Shown here: in pieces, positions 44,204 through 53,179 of the stretch
Position numbering within the stretch: the first letter of the stretch is position 1
Layout of the letters: each line of letters opens with the position of its first letter
Position numbers and translations under genes: made by a program
Notes under the pieces: generated by a model
What the model was told of the DNA's origin: nothing
Seen by the model: the letters and a program-made list of their open reading frames with translations, nothing else
Database searches by the model: none
Virus record (IMG/VR): IMGVR_UViG_3300032265_001108
Location: 1-63,416 of that record
Direction: 5' to 3' (one strand)
Source of the DNA: a virus
Lineage: Duplodnaviria; Caudoviricetes
Length of the DNA stretch: 63,416 nucleotides

Positions 44204-45984
44204 TGTTACTAAAAAATATTACTGTAAAAAACTTTATGAGTGTGGGTCAACAGACGCAAGCTGTTGATTTTGATAAGGAACACTTAACTTTAGTACTAGG
44301 TAGCAATTTAGATCTGGGCGGGGACGACACTGGATCTCGCAACGGTACTGGAAAAACTACGATCATTAATGCTCTTAGCTATGCGCTATATGGGCAAGCA
44401 CTTACCAACATCCGCAAAGAAAACTTGATCAATAAGACCAACGGTAAAGCCATGCTGGTAACTGTTGAGTTCGAAATCAGTGGATCGAAATACAAGATCG
44501 AGCGGGGTCGCAAGCCTAATCTACTTAAATTGTATGTCAATGATGTGCAGGTTAAAACAGACGATGCAGAGGACGAAAGCCAGGGCGACAGCAGAGAAAC
44601 ACAAAAAGCCATTGAACAACTGTTAGGTATGAGTCATACCATGTTCAAGCATCTGTTGGCGCTTAATACCTATACCGAACCATTCCTGTCAATGAAGGCT
44701 GCGGATCAGAGAGAAGTCATTGAACAACTGCTAGGTATTACACTATTAAGTGAAAAAGCTGAACTGTTAAAAATAGAAATTAAAGAAAACAAAGACAAGA
44801 TACAGGCAGAACAGTACAAAATTGAAGGTATTAAAGCTGCCAACGATAATGTACAAAAAAGTATTGACAGTTTAACTATCAAAAGTAGTGCTTGGGAAAA
44901 CAAAAAAGAAAATGATTTAACTTCTTTACTCAACAGTATCCATACTTTAACAGAAGTTGATATCGAAGGCGAACTGTTGGCGCATGCCGAATTAAAAACT
45001 TGGCTCGACAATGATTCTAAACTAACAGGTCTTAGAAAACAAAAGGCCACACTGGAATCTGCGGCTATACAGGGTGAAAAGACTCTTAACAAATATCTAA
45101 ACGAATTAGAAAAATTAAGTAGCAAGCAATGCCCTGCCTGTGAACAGGACTTGCACGATCACAAGCATGAAGAAATGACAGCGGCTTCGATCAAGCATGT
45201 AGAAGAAGCTACTACATATCTTGATAAGATTAAAAAAGATCGCGCAGATATTTCTGCCGCGATAGATACAATTGGCGAACAACCTCGTAAGCCGCAGACA
45301 TTCTATGACACAGAAGCTGAAGCACTGGGACATAAGAACAACCTAGACAGTTTAGAAAAGAAAATAACAGACAGAGCCGAAGAGTCAAATCCCTATAATG
45401 AACAGATTGAAGAGCTAAAGAAAACTGCGATTCAGGAAATCAGATGGGATACTGTTAACGAACTTACTAAGTTAAAAGACCATCAGGAGTTTTTGTATAA
45501 ACTGTTAACGAATAAAGATAGCTTTGTTCGTAAAAAGATTATTGATCAAAACTTAACCTACTTGAACAAGCGGCTGACCTACTATATCGACAAGCTAGGA
45601 CTACCACATCAGGTTGTGTTCCAAAATGATTTAAGCATCGAGATTACTCAGTTAGGCCAAGATTTGGATTTCGACAATCTGAGCCGCGGTGAAAGAAATC
45701 GTTTAATACTTTCTATGAGTTTTGCCTTCCGAGATGTTTGGGAAGGTCTTTACCAAAGTATCAATCTACTGTTCATTGACGAGCTAGTAGATGCCGGAAT
45801 GGATGCCGCAGGAGTTGAATCGGCCTTGGCTGTACTGAAGAAAATGGCCCGAGAACGAAATAAGAACATTTATCTCATATCCCACAAGGATGAATTAGTG
45901 GGTCGTGTAAATAATGTTCTTCGAGTAGTTAAGGAAAACGGATTTACTTCTTACTCAAATTCTGCAGACTATGTTGACGCCTGA
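44203..45984 (+). CDS. Rad50/SbcC-like ATPase (T4 gp46)
   Basis: NGTGKT Walker A, CPAC zinc hook, LSRGE signature, LLFIDE Walker B, ISH. Confidence 0.92.
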   Translation: MLLKNITVKNFMSVGQQTQAVDFDKEHLTLVLGSNLDLGGDDTGSRNGTGKTTIINALSYALYGQALTNIRKENLINKTNGKAMLVTVEFEISGSKYKIERGRKPNLLKLYVNDVQVKTDDAEDESQGDSRETQKAIEQLLGMSHTMFKHLLALNTYTEPFLSMKAADQREVIEQLLGITLLSEKAELLKIEIKENKDKIQAEQYKIEGIKAANDNVQKSIDSLTIKSSAWENKKENDLTSLLNSIHTLTEVDIEGELLAHAELKTWLDNDSKLTGLRKQKATLESAAIQGEKTLNKYLNELEKLSSKQCPACEQDLHDHKHEEMTAASIKHVEEATTYLDKIKKDRADISAAIDTIGEQPRKPQTFYDTEAEALGHKNNLDSLEKKITDRAEESNPYNEQIEELKKTAIQEIRWDTVNELTKLKDHQEFLYKLLTNKDSFVRKKIIDQNLTYLNKRLTYYIDKLGLPHQVVFQNDLSIEITQLGQDLDFDNLSRGERNRLILSMSFAFRDVWEGLYQSINLLFIDELVDAGMDAAGVESALAVLKKMARERNKNIYLISHKDELVGRVNNVLRVVKENGFTSYSNSADYVDA

Positions 45985-46285
45985 GCTAAACAAGTATAAG
46001 GAAACATATAATCAAATGATTATATTGTTAACCGAGTATCATAACAGACATCAAGAGTTTCTCAACAATGTCAGTTATGCGGGCGGAGTAGATTTACGCA
46101 GGACAATGAAAAAAATCATTGCCGCGGATAGAGAACTCATGAAGGGCACTAAAGCAGTACACGATGAGATGATTAAAAATCTCAAAGACATGCGCAGGGC
46201 CAAGCGAGAGAAAAATAGAGAAGTAAAGAAGAAAAAATTAAATGACATGGCTTTATCAAAATCAAGTAGTGGAGACTCTTCCTGA
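45971..46285 (+). CDS. Small basic helical hypothetical protein
   Basis: 104-aa ORF with Lys/Arg-rich C-terminus, overlapping both neighbours. Confidence 0.6.
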   Translation: MLTPELNKYKETYNQMIILLTEYHNRHQEFLNNVSYAGGVDLRRTMKKIIAADRELMKGTKAVHDEMIKNLKDMRRAKREKNREVKKKKLNDMALSKSSSGDSS

Positions 46286-46670
46286 GGATTGTATAGGCTT
46301 TGTTTACATTATCACTAACAATACTACAAATAGAAAATATATTGGCAAAAAATTAGCAAAATTTAGTAAAACGACCTACAAGACTGTAAAGTTAAAGAAC
46401 GGCACGAAGAAAAAGAAGAAAATCAGAAGTAAAATAGATAGTGACTGGCAAGAATATTATGGATCTAACATTGAATTAAACAAAGATGTTGAACAGTTAG
46501 GCAAAGACAACTTCACTAGAGAAATACTGTATTATTGCAAAAGCAAATCAGAATGTAGTTACATTGAGGCCCGCGAACAATTCGACCGCAAAGTACTAGA
46601 ATCTACAGACTACTATAATGGACATATACAGGTCCGTGTACATGGCTCCCACATAATCAAGAAAATTTAG
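46242..46670 (+). CDS. Stand-alone GIY-YIG family endonuclease
   Basis: GFVYIITN..TNRKYIGKK, YYGS, F.REIL, E...Q, YYN. Confidence 0.85.
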   Translation: MTWLYQNQVVETLPEDCIGFVYIITNNTTNRKYIGKKLAKFSKTTYKTVKLKNGTKKKKKIRSKIDSDWQEYYGSNIELNKDVEQLGKDNFTREILYYCKSKSECSYIEAREQFDRKVLESTDYYNGHIQVRVHGSHIIKKI

Positions 46671-46677
46671 TTTACTT

Positions 46678-47102
46678 AAACGGTAAAAAGCAAGCGCAGG
46701 CTAATTTCGTGCGCCCTAAACCTGGACCTCGGGTCACAGGGATGGAAATCTCTCGCCGTTAAGAGTACTCAATCAGTATCCTTTACAGGACCAAGATCGC
46801 AAATTCGCCGCGGTTTGATTGTTTGAAGATATAGAAAAAGGCAAGAAGGAAGGGAGAAAAACCCTGGATATACAAATGCGTTAGTGTGCATCTGTATATT
46901 GCCGTTGAATGAAGACAGAGCTCGTGGTACCGGTCAACCGCCACTGTAACGCTCTAACACTAAGTGACTGTTCGAACTCGGATAATGTCATTTTCGCCCT
47001 GAGCGGGCGAAGTGTGACCAAAGAATCTGGATAATACTTAAACATCTTCGATGTAAATATGCTCTGAGCGTGAGCGAAAGAGCAAACGAACGCAGTTCGT
47101 TT
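46678..47102 (+). ncRNA. Candidate large structured non-coding RNA (~430 nt)
   Basis: About ten hand-found stems, several needing G-U pairs on the + strand, plus a 7-bp loop/downstream pseudoknot (46881-46887 with 46957-46963); the largest gene-free gap in the window. Confidence 0.65.
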
Positions 47103-47109
47103 ATAAATA
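47102..47109 (+). promoter_or_regulatory. T4-type late promoter
   Basis: Exact TATAAATA 30 nt upstream of ATG 47140. Confidence 0.7.
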
Positions 47110-47139
47110 AAAGATAACAATCTTTAAGGAATTCCTTGT

Positions 47140-47874
47140 ATGCTTATTAATGAACTAATATTAGAAAATCAACAGTTAGATGAACTGAGCTTTGCCGGAG
47201 TAGGTAAAGGGATCGGACAGGTTGCATCTGGCGTTGGACAAGCTGTAGGTGGTATTAAAGGTGCATACCAGGGTGTTAAACAACGATACTCTCAAGGTAA
47301 ACAACAGGCACAACAAGGCGCCTATAATGCTGTAACAGGTGGCGGACAGCAACAACCTGCACCTGCTCAGAATACTCAAGCAACTACTCCAGCAAATGGA
47401 GCCGCACCTAGTGCTACTGCACAGCCGGCAGCAACTAGTGCTCCTTCTCAAAATACACAGCAAGCAAATCCTCAAGATGCAGGCGACGGTAGGATTGAAC
47501 CAACACCGTCGCCTGAACCTGCGCAAGGACAACAACCGGCTGCAACAACACCCCCATCTGGTCAAGCTACTACACCTCCGGCAGCGGGTGCTCCGGCAGC
47601 GGGTGCTCCGGCAGCGGGTGCTCCGGCTGAAGAACCGCCAGCCGCACCAGATGCGACACAAGCACCAGCGGGCAACACCCGTGCTAGAATGGGTGCTCCA
47701 GAAGGACGCAAGGCTGTAGATCAAGCGGTCTCTACAGTAAAACAGGTGCGTAGTGATCGTAGAGCACAGGTAGTTAACTACGGAAAACAACAATTTGACG
47801 CACTAGCAGGTGCGGCCCCTACAGCAGAAAGTCGTGTAGGCTATCGTAGTCGTTTCTTAGATATGGATATTTAA
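47140..47874 (+). CDS. Low-complexity Ala/Pro/Gln-rich protein, probable internal head protein
   Basis: N-terminal LINE/ILE/LDE protease-type motifs, late promoter, disordered centre. Confidence 0.65.
   Translation: MLINELILENQQLDELSFAGVGKGIGQVASGVGQAVGGIKGAYQGVKQRYSQGKQQAQQGAYNAVTGGGQQQPAPAQNTQATTPANGAAPSATAQPAATSAPSQNTQQANPQDAGDGRIEPTPSPEPAQGQQPAATTPPSGQATTPPAAGAPAAGAPAAGAPAEEPPAAPDATQAPAGNTRARMGAPEGRKAVDQAVSTVKQVRSDRRAQVVNYGKQQFDALAGAAPTAESRVGYRSRFLDMDI
47576..47627 (+). repeat. 15-bp tandem repeat, 3.5 copies (PAAGA)
   Basis: CTCCGGCAGCGGGTG repeated perfectly three times. Confidence 0.9.
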
Positions 47875-48101
47875 AAGAAAGGCATGCCGCTTTCTTTGGC
47901 TGTTTCTAGATTACTTTCTATAATCTTAGCCAGAATATCTCTGTCTTCATTGGTTAGCATTAAACTTTCGCTATAGCTTAGTCCGCCTCTCATAAACCAA
48001 CAAAGCCTAAATAGATCGTCTTTTATGGCTTTTACACTATTATCGTACTCTAAAACAACACTATCAATTTCTGATGTGCTACAGTGTAAAAGCCTTATAC
48101 G
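47871..48101 (-). CDS. Hidden 76-codon frame (gp51/lambda-T-like), probably reached by -1 frameshift from the upstream gene
   Basis: Reads RIRLLHCSTSEIDSVVLEYDNSVKAIKDDLFRLCWFMRGGLSYSESLMLTNEDRDILAKIIESNLETAKESGMPFF*. It fills the gap exactly, and a TGA closes the frame just upstream of the slippery site. Confidence 0.7.
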   Translation of the reverse strand, partial: RIRLLHCSTSEIDSVVLEYDNSVKAIKDDLFRLCWFMRGGLSYSESLMLTNEDRDILAKIIESNLETAKESGMPFF

Positions 48102-48961
48102 AAAAAAGTTGAAGCATCAAACACTAGAGGAATTTCAACAGTCTCTCCAGTAATGCCCTGGGCTTTCATATCTTCGCTGACAGGAACATGGATGGGTTTA
48201 ACTGTATTCTGTTCTCTTAGAGTTTCCAAGTGATCCTGGATTTTATTAAACATGTCCTTGTCCATGTTGTCCACAAATTCTTTAATATAGCCCGGATCTT
48301 CAGTTGATCCCGCAATAGTATCAACTCTATAGATACTACTACCGATCATACCAATAGTCGAATCTGTTAGGCGATTAAAACTTTCTTTAAACATCTTTAA
48401 CTTGTCGTCTTCTGTCATTGTTTCGTTATTGGCAATCTGCATGATTCTTTGAGTTTCAAATGTCTGTAATGCAGTAGCAGTGATCTGCTTATAATTCAAT
48501 GGTCGTACAAATACAGTCAGTTGATCGTTCACAGATACTACAGGATCCCACCCGATTTGATTCATCAGGGTGTCCATAATTGTTCTAAGGTCAACTTGAT
48601 AGTCCATGGCAACGTCACCAAATTCTAACGGAGTAGTCATCTTTTCACCATAGGTGGCCAGTCGAATGGCAATCAAAATAATGTCCATGTCAATTGCGGG
48701 TATATGCCAGGCATTTTTTATGCTGGGAACACAGTGTTCAATAACATCTACTACTGCCTGTCCATTCATTAGAGCATCGGGTATTTTCAACATCATTTCA
48801 TCTTTGGCTGTCATTGAGTAAACAGGCAGTTCTCCTGTTTCTGTTGTTGCCAAACTACCGGCAGGCCAGTACTCACCTTGACTAGGTAACCTAATAAAGA
48901 TTTTTGGTTGACGCATAAAACTGCTCAACGGGTTTACTGGTTTGGTAATTGTAGAATCCAT
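48095..48961 (-). CDS. Baseplate hub/tail assembly chaperone (T4 gp26-like)
   Basis: I.LPS.G, MTAKDE..L, D.D.ILIAIR.ATYGE motif; adjacent to the tape measure gene. Confidence 0.75.
   Translation of the reverse strand: MDSTITKPVNPLSSFMRQPKIFIRLPSQGEYWPAGSLATTETGELPVYSMTAKDEMMLKIPDALMNGQAVVDVIEHCVPSIKNAWHIPAIDMDIILIAIRLATYGEKMTTPLEFGDVAMDYQVDLRTIMDTLMNQIGWDPVVSVNDQLTVFVRPLNYKQITATALQTFETQRIMQIANNETMTEDDKLKMFKESFNRLTDSTIGMIGSSIYRVDTIAGSTEDPGYIKEFVDNMDKDMFNKIQDHLETLREQNTVKPIHVPVSEDMKAQGITGETVEIPLVFDASTFFV
48101..48107 (-). other. Putative -1 ribosomal frameshift slippery heptamer T TTT TTC
   Basis: X XXY YYZ in the correct phase (acT TTT TTC gta taa), one codon before the stop. Confidence 0.7.
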
Positions 48962-49047
48962 GGTTTTTCTCCGAATAAATAACTTAAAGATAAGTTGTGT
49001 AGTTATTGCTACATCTATTTATCTATGCATATAACCTCGGAAAAACA

Positions 49048-51420
49048 ATGGCAGAAGTAACCGGATCGATAACAGGTGCAGATGGCGTAAAAGACATATC
49101 GCTCAATAATGCCGCCACGGAAGCGACTCTGCGGTTATTATTGCAAAGTAGTCTAACAGCCAATAAGCAAAGCATTGAAAACATTAAGAATCTAGCTCAA
49201 AAGAGTGGACTAGATCCTGCAATGGTAGCTCAGGCCAATAATGGTCTAAGAAATATCGGTCAGAGTACCGTACAGACTACCAGTATGTTTAGTTTGTTAA
49301 GAACTGCTGGACAAGAAACTGCCGACGAATTTAATCAACTAGACCGTGCAGTATCTCCTATGATTGGCAAGTTCATTCAAGGTACTGCCAGTGTTAGTGA
49401 TGTGTCTAATGCATTTGGTAAACTAAATCCAATACTGGGCATTGCTACCGGACTGTTTTCTAGGGTGGTTGATTTTCAACAAAAGGGTCTAGAGTCATAC
49501 CAAAAAATGACCAATGCAGGTGTTAACTTCGGCGGAAGTTTAACTGACCTCAGAACGGCGGCGGCAAATAGTTATTTGACTTTAGATCAATTTACAAATC
49601 TAATGTCCAAGAACAGTGCAAACTTTGTCACCTTAGGTGGTAGTGTTAACGAAGGTGCTAAATCTTTTGCCAAATTCAGTCACGGAGTTATCAGTAGTGA
49701 CTTAGGTAGTCAATTGTTGGCCATGGGCTACACCACAGAAGGTGTCAACGAAAGTCTATCAAACTATATTGCTGTAACTGGTGTTAGCAGTAGAAGTGAT
49801 TTAGAAAGTTCTAAAAAGTTACAGGCATCTGCTGGTGCATATCTTGACCAATTAGATCGTCTAGCAGACATTACTGGCAAGAGTCGAGAAGAACAAGAGA
49901 AACAGTTAAAGCAGGCAATGTTTGAAGCTGACGTTCAGATGACAATGGCTCGCATGACAACGGAAGATAGAGATGCATTCAGCGCAGCCATGGAAGAAGC
50001 TGGTACACTATACGGCCAAGCGGGCCGAGATATTGTTCTAGCACAGGCACAAGGCCGTGCAGTTACCGGCGAAGCAGGACAGATGTTGACCGCAACAGCA
50101 GGACAGGCAGCAGGTACTATTGCTAATCTACAGAATATTGCAAAACAATATGGTCGAGATAGCAAAGAATTTAGAGAAGCATCTGCTAAGAGTCAGCGTG
50201 AAGCAGGCGATGCTCTAAGCAAAATTCCTACAGCAGTCTTTAGTACCAACGACGGATTGAAAAAAATGTCAGATGCAACTATCACAGTTGCAAAGAATCA
50301 ACAGGCTGGATTGACTACAAAAGCTGATTTTGACAAGCGTGATGCTGAACGAGAAAAAGAAAAAGCGGCTAGAGATTTGTCTCAAGCGGCTGCTATGACA
50401 CAGGCTAATAAAGCCATGCAAGAAGCAGGACAGGCTATTTTAAGAATGTTTACTCCGTTGATTGCTCTTGTAACTCCTGCAATCACTGCATTTGCTAACG
50501 GAATCAAAGATGCAGTCAATTGGTTTACACAACTAAGTTCGACTAGTAAAATATTGATAGCCGCACTTGCTGGAGGACTAGCACTACTAGCTGTATCAAA
50601 AGGGTCTAGTATGGTAGGCGGTGCATTGTCAGCGGCAACCGGAGGCCGGATCGGCGGCGGATTAGGTCCTCTTGGATCTAAAACTAATCCTATGCATGTA
50701 ATCGTTGTTGGCGGCAGTGCTGGCGGTATTGAGATTCCCGATGTCGGCGGCCCAGATAAAAGTGGCAAAGGTGGTACTCCTAATAAAAGCGGTACTCCTA
50801 GTAAGGGCGGTGTATTGAAGAAAGGGTTAGATTCGGTAAAAAATATAGGTAAATTTATTAAAGGTGCCGGTATCGCAGGCACAATAATGGGCGGGTTGAC
50901 TTTGGCTAGCGATATCCAGGACATCGAAGCCCAAAAGAAAGCAGGCAAGATTACCGGACAAGAAGCTAGTAAACAAGAGGGTGGTGCTGTGGGAGAATTA
51001 GCTGGTGGAGCCGCAGGCGGATGGGGTGGCGCAGCCGCAGGCGCCGCTATTGGTACAATGATATTCCCAGGTGTAGGTACTATTATAGGCGGCGCACTTG
51101 GTGGGCTGGCAGGTGGGTTTGGAGGAGGAGCCCTTGGCAAAATGGGAGGAGAATATCTAGGCGGCAAAGCTGGAGAAGGTTCAACACCAGAAGCCAAGAA
51201 AGCAGAAGAAACTAAGAAGGCAGAAGAAGCTAAAAAGGCCAAAGAAGCAGAAGATAAGAAAAAAGCTGAAACATCATCTTCTGGAAAAACTTCTGCTGAA
51301 GAGACACTTGCCTTAAATAAGACTATGACGCAGATGCTTGCCTACTTAAGAGATACTGCTGACAATACAAAACGCACACATGAAGCTACCAAAAATCTAA
51401 ATGGTAACTTGTTTGCTTAA
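49048..51420 (+). CDS. Tape measure protein (probable start ATG 49048)
   Basis: Long helical Ala/Gln-rich protein with Gly-rich hydrophobic repeats (GAAAGAAIGTMIFPGVGTIIGG). Confidence 0.75.
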   Translation: MAEVTGSITGADGVKDISLNNAATEATLRLLLQSSLTANKQSIENIKNLAQKSGLDPAMVAQANNGLRNIGQSTVQTTSMFSLLRTAGQETADEFNQLDRAVSPMIGKFIQGTASVSDVSNAFGKLNPILGIATGLFSRVVDFQQKGLESYQKMTNAGVNFGGSLTDLRTAAANSYLTLDQFTNLMSKNSANFVTLGGSVNEGAKSFAKFSHGVISSDLGSQLLAMGYTTEGVNESLSNYIAVTGVSSRSDLESSKKLQASAGAYLDQLDRLADITGKSREEQEKQLKQAMFEADVQMTMARMTTEDRDAFSAAMEEAGTLYGQAGRDIVLAQAQGRAVTGEAGQMLTATAGQAAGTIANLQNIAKQYGRDSKEFREASAKSQREAGDALSKIPTAVFSTNDGLKKMSDATITVAKNQQAGLTTKADFDKRDAEREKEKAARDLSQAAAMTQANKAMQEAGQAILRMFTPLIALVTPAITAFANGIKDAVNWFTQLSSTSKILIAALAGGLALLAVSKGSSMVGGALSAATGGRIGGGLGPLGSKTNPMHVIVVGGSAGGIEIPDVGGPDKSGKGGTPNKSGTPSKGGVLKKGLDSVKNIGKFIKGAGIAGTIMGGLTLASDIQDIEAQKKAGKITGQEASKQEGGAVGELAGGAAGGWGGAAAGAAIGTMIFPGVGTIIGGALGGLAGGFGGGALGKMGGEYLGGKAGEGSTPEAKKAEETKKAEEAKKAKEAEDKKKAETSSSGKTSAEETLALNKTMTQMLAYLRDTADNTKRTHEATKNLNGNLFA

Positions 51421-51433
51421 GAGAGAATAAAAT

Positions 51434-53161
51434 ATGAGTTGGAAAAAGTACTTCACACCCGTTAATACCGCAGGATCATTAAGTCCAATCAGCGGAGCAA
51501 TGTCTAGCATGGGCAACAATCCCAGTCGTACAAACTATTCCAGCTACCTGCCTGATGTTTATGCAGGACATCCTAATCGTTTAGAGCGTTATGGTCAGTA
51601 CGATACAATGGATAGTGACAGCGAAGTTAATGCTGCCTTTGATATTTTGGCTGAATTCTGTAGCCAGACTAGCGACGAAAATGGAACTCCTTTCCAGATC
51701 TTTTTCAAAGAACAGGCAACTAGTACTGAAATTAAGATCATTAAAAAGTACCTACAGCAGTGGACCAAACTGAATAAATTTGATATCCGTATCTTTAAAA
51801 TTGTTCGCAATGCTTTCAAATATGGTGATGTGTTCTTTGTACGCGATCCAGAAACACAGAGCTGGATGTATGTAGATCCTGCCAAAGTAGATAAAATTAT
51901 TGTCAATGAATCAGAAGGCAAAAAACCTGAACAGTATCACATCCGTGATTTTAATCCTAATTTTGAAACACTAGCAACAACAGCTATCCAACCTAGCAAC
52001 CAAAATGGTGGTGGCAACCAATTTGGCGGCGGTTATGGATCAGGCGGCGGTAGCAGTGGTGGTGCTAGAGGTATGACAGGATCATATCCTGCGGCTAATA
52101 GTAGCAGTAGATTTACACAAAATCAAAATCAATATGCAATTGATGCTCGCCATGTGATACATATATCGATGAGTGAAGGTCTAGATAACAATTTCCCATT
52201 TGGTAATAGTCTAATGGAAAGTATCTTTAAAGTTTTTAAACAAAAAGAATTGTTAGAAGATGCGATTATTATCTATCGTGTACAAAGAGCCCCCGAACGC
52301 CGGGTGTTCTATATTGACGTGGGTAACATGCCCAGCCACTTGGCCATGAGCTTTGTTGAGCGTGTTAAAAACGAAGTAAATCAACGCCGTATTCCTAGCA
52401 GTACAGGCGGAAGTCAGAGTGTTATTGATGCAAGTTATAATCCGTTGAGCATTAACGAAGATTATTTCTTCCCTCAAACAGCAGAAGGCCGAGGAAGTAA
52501 AGTTGAAATTTTACCAGGCGGTACAAACTTAGGAGAGATCGATGATCTTAAATACTTTACGAACAAATTGTTTAGAGCTCTGCGGATTCCTAGCAGTTAC
52601 TTACCTACTGGCGCAGATGAAGGCGGCTCAAACTTTAATGACGGAAGAGTTGGTACCAGTTATATACAAGAATTAAGGTTTAACAAATACTGCGAACGCT
52701 TACAAAGTCTAATGAATTCGCCTTTTGATACAGAGTTTAAGCTGTACTTACATGCCAAAGGTATCAATGTAGACAGCAATATTTTCGACCTTAAATTTAA
52801 TCCACCACAGAATTTTGCCGCATATCGTCAAAGTGAAATGGATACAGCCCGTGTTAATACATTTAATACCATGGTTGCTATTCCTATGATCAGCAAACGC
52901 TTTGCCCTTAAACGCTTCTTAGGTCTAACAGCAGAAGAGGTTGCAGAAAACGAATCACTATGGAAAGAAGAAAATATTGACGAAGATACTAACTTATCGG
53001 CTAGTGCTGAACTCCGTAGTGCAGGTATAACTGCTAACGGTATGGCGGGTGATATTGCAGATCTGTCAGGAAGTCAAGAACCTATACCAACAGAAGGCGG
53101 TGAAACAGGCTCTGCTCCTGTGGATGGTGGAGAAGCCGCACCTACTCCTCCTGCCCAATAA
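51434..53161 (+). CDS. Portal protein (T4 gp20-like)
   Basis: EDAIIIYRVQRAPERRVFYIDVGNMP, EDYFFP...GRGS.VE.LPGG.NLGEIDD..YF..KL..AL.IP.S. Confidence 0.95.
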   Translation: MSWKKYFTPVNTAGSLSPISGAMSSMGNNPSRTNYSSYLPDVYAGHPNRLERYGQYDTMDSDSEVNAAFDILAEFCSQTSDENGTPFQIFFKEQATSTEIKIIKKYLQQWTKLNKFDIRIFKIVRNAFKYGDVFFVRDPETQSWMYVDPAKVDKIIVNESEGKKPEQYHIRDFNPNFETLATTAIQPSNQNGGGNQFGGGYGSGGGSSGGARGMTGSYPAANSSSRFTQNQNQYAIDARHVIHISMSEGLDNNFPFGNSLMESIFKVFKQKELLEDAIIIYRVQRAPERRVFYIDVGNMPSHLAMSFVERVKNEVNQRRIPSSTGGSQSVIDASYNPLSINEDYFFPQTAEGRGSKVEILPGGTNLGEIDDLKYFTNKLFRALRIPSSYLPTGADEGGSNFNDGRVGTSYIQELRFNKYCERLQSLMNSPFDTEFKLYLHAKGINVDSNIFDLKFNPPQNFAAYRQSEMDTARVNTFNTMVAIPMISKRFALKRFLGLTAEEVAENESLWKEENIDEDTNLSASAELRSAGITANGMAGDIADLSGSQEPIPTEGGETGSAPVDGGEAAPTPPAQ

Positions 53162-53179
53162 TCTATAAATAACACTACT

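Noticed and set aside
46678-47102. Group I intron reading of the structured region (AAGATATAG at ~46826 resembles the S element; next to a GIY-YIG gene)
   Set aside because: No matching R element or P7 partner (GACTA/TAGTC) was found, and no interrupted host gene flanks it. The neighbouring ORFs are complete.
46881-47120. 79-aa minus-strand ORF in the track
   Set aside because: No SD, atypical composition, and antisense to the structured region; most likely spurious.
50382-51242. 286-aa minus-strand ORF, and similar antisense ORFs (e.g. 56048-56623, 47176-47793)
   Set aside because: They are antisense shadows of Gly/Ala-rich or highly biased genes, with no recognisable motifs or expression signals.
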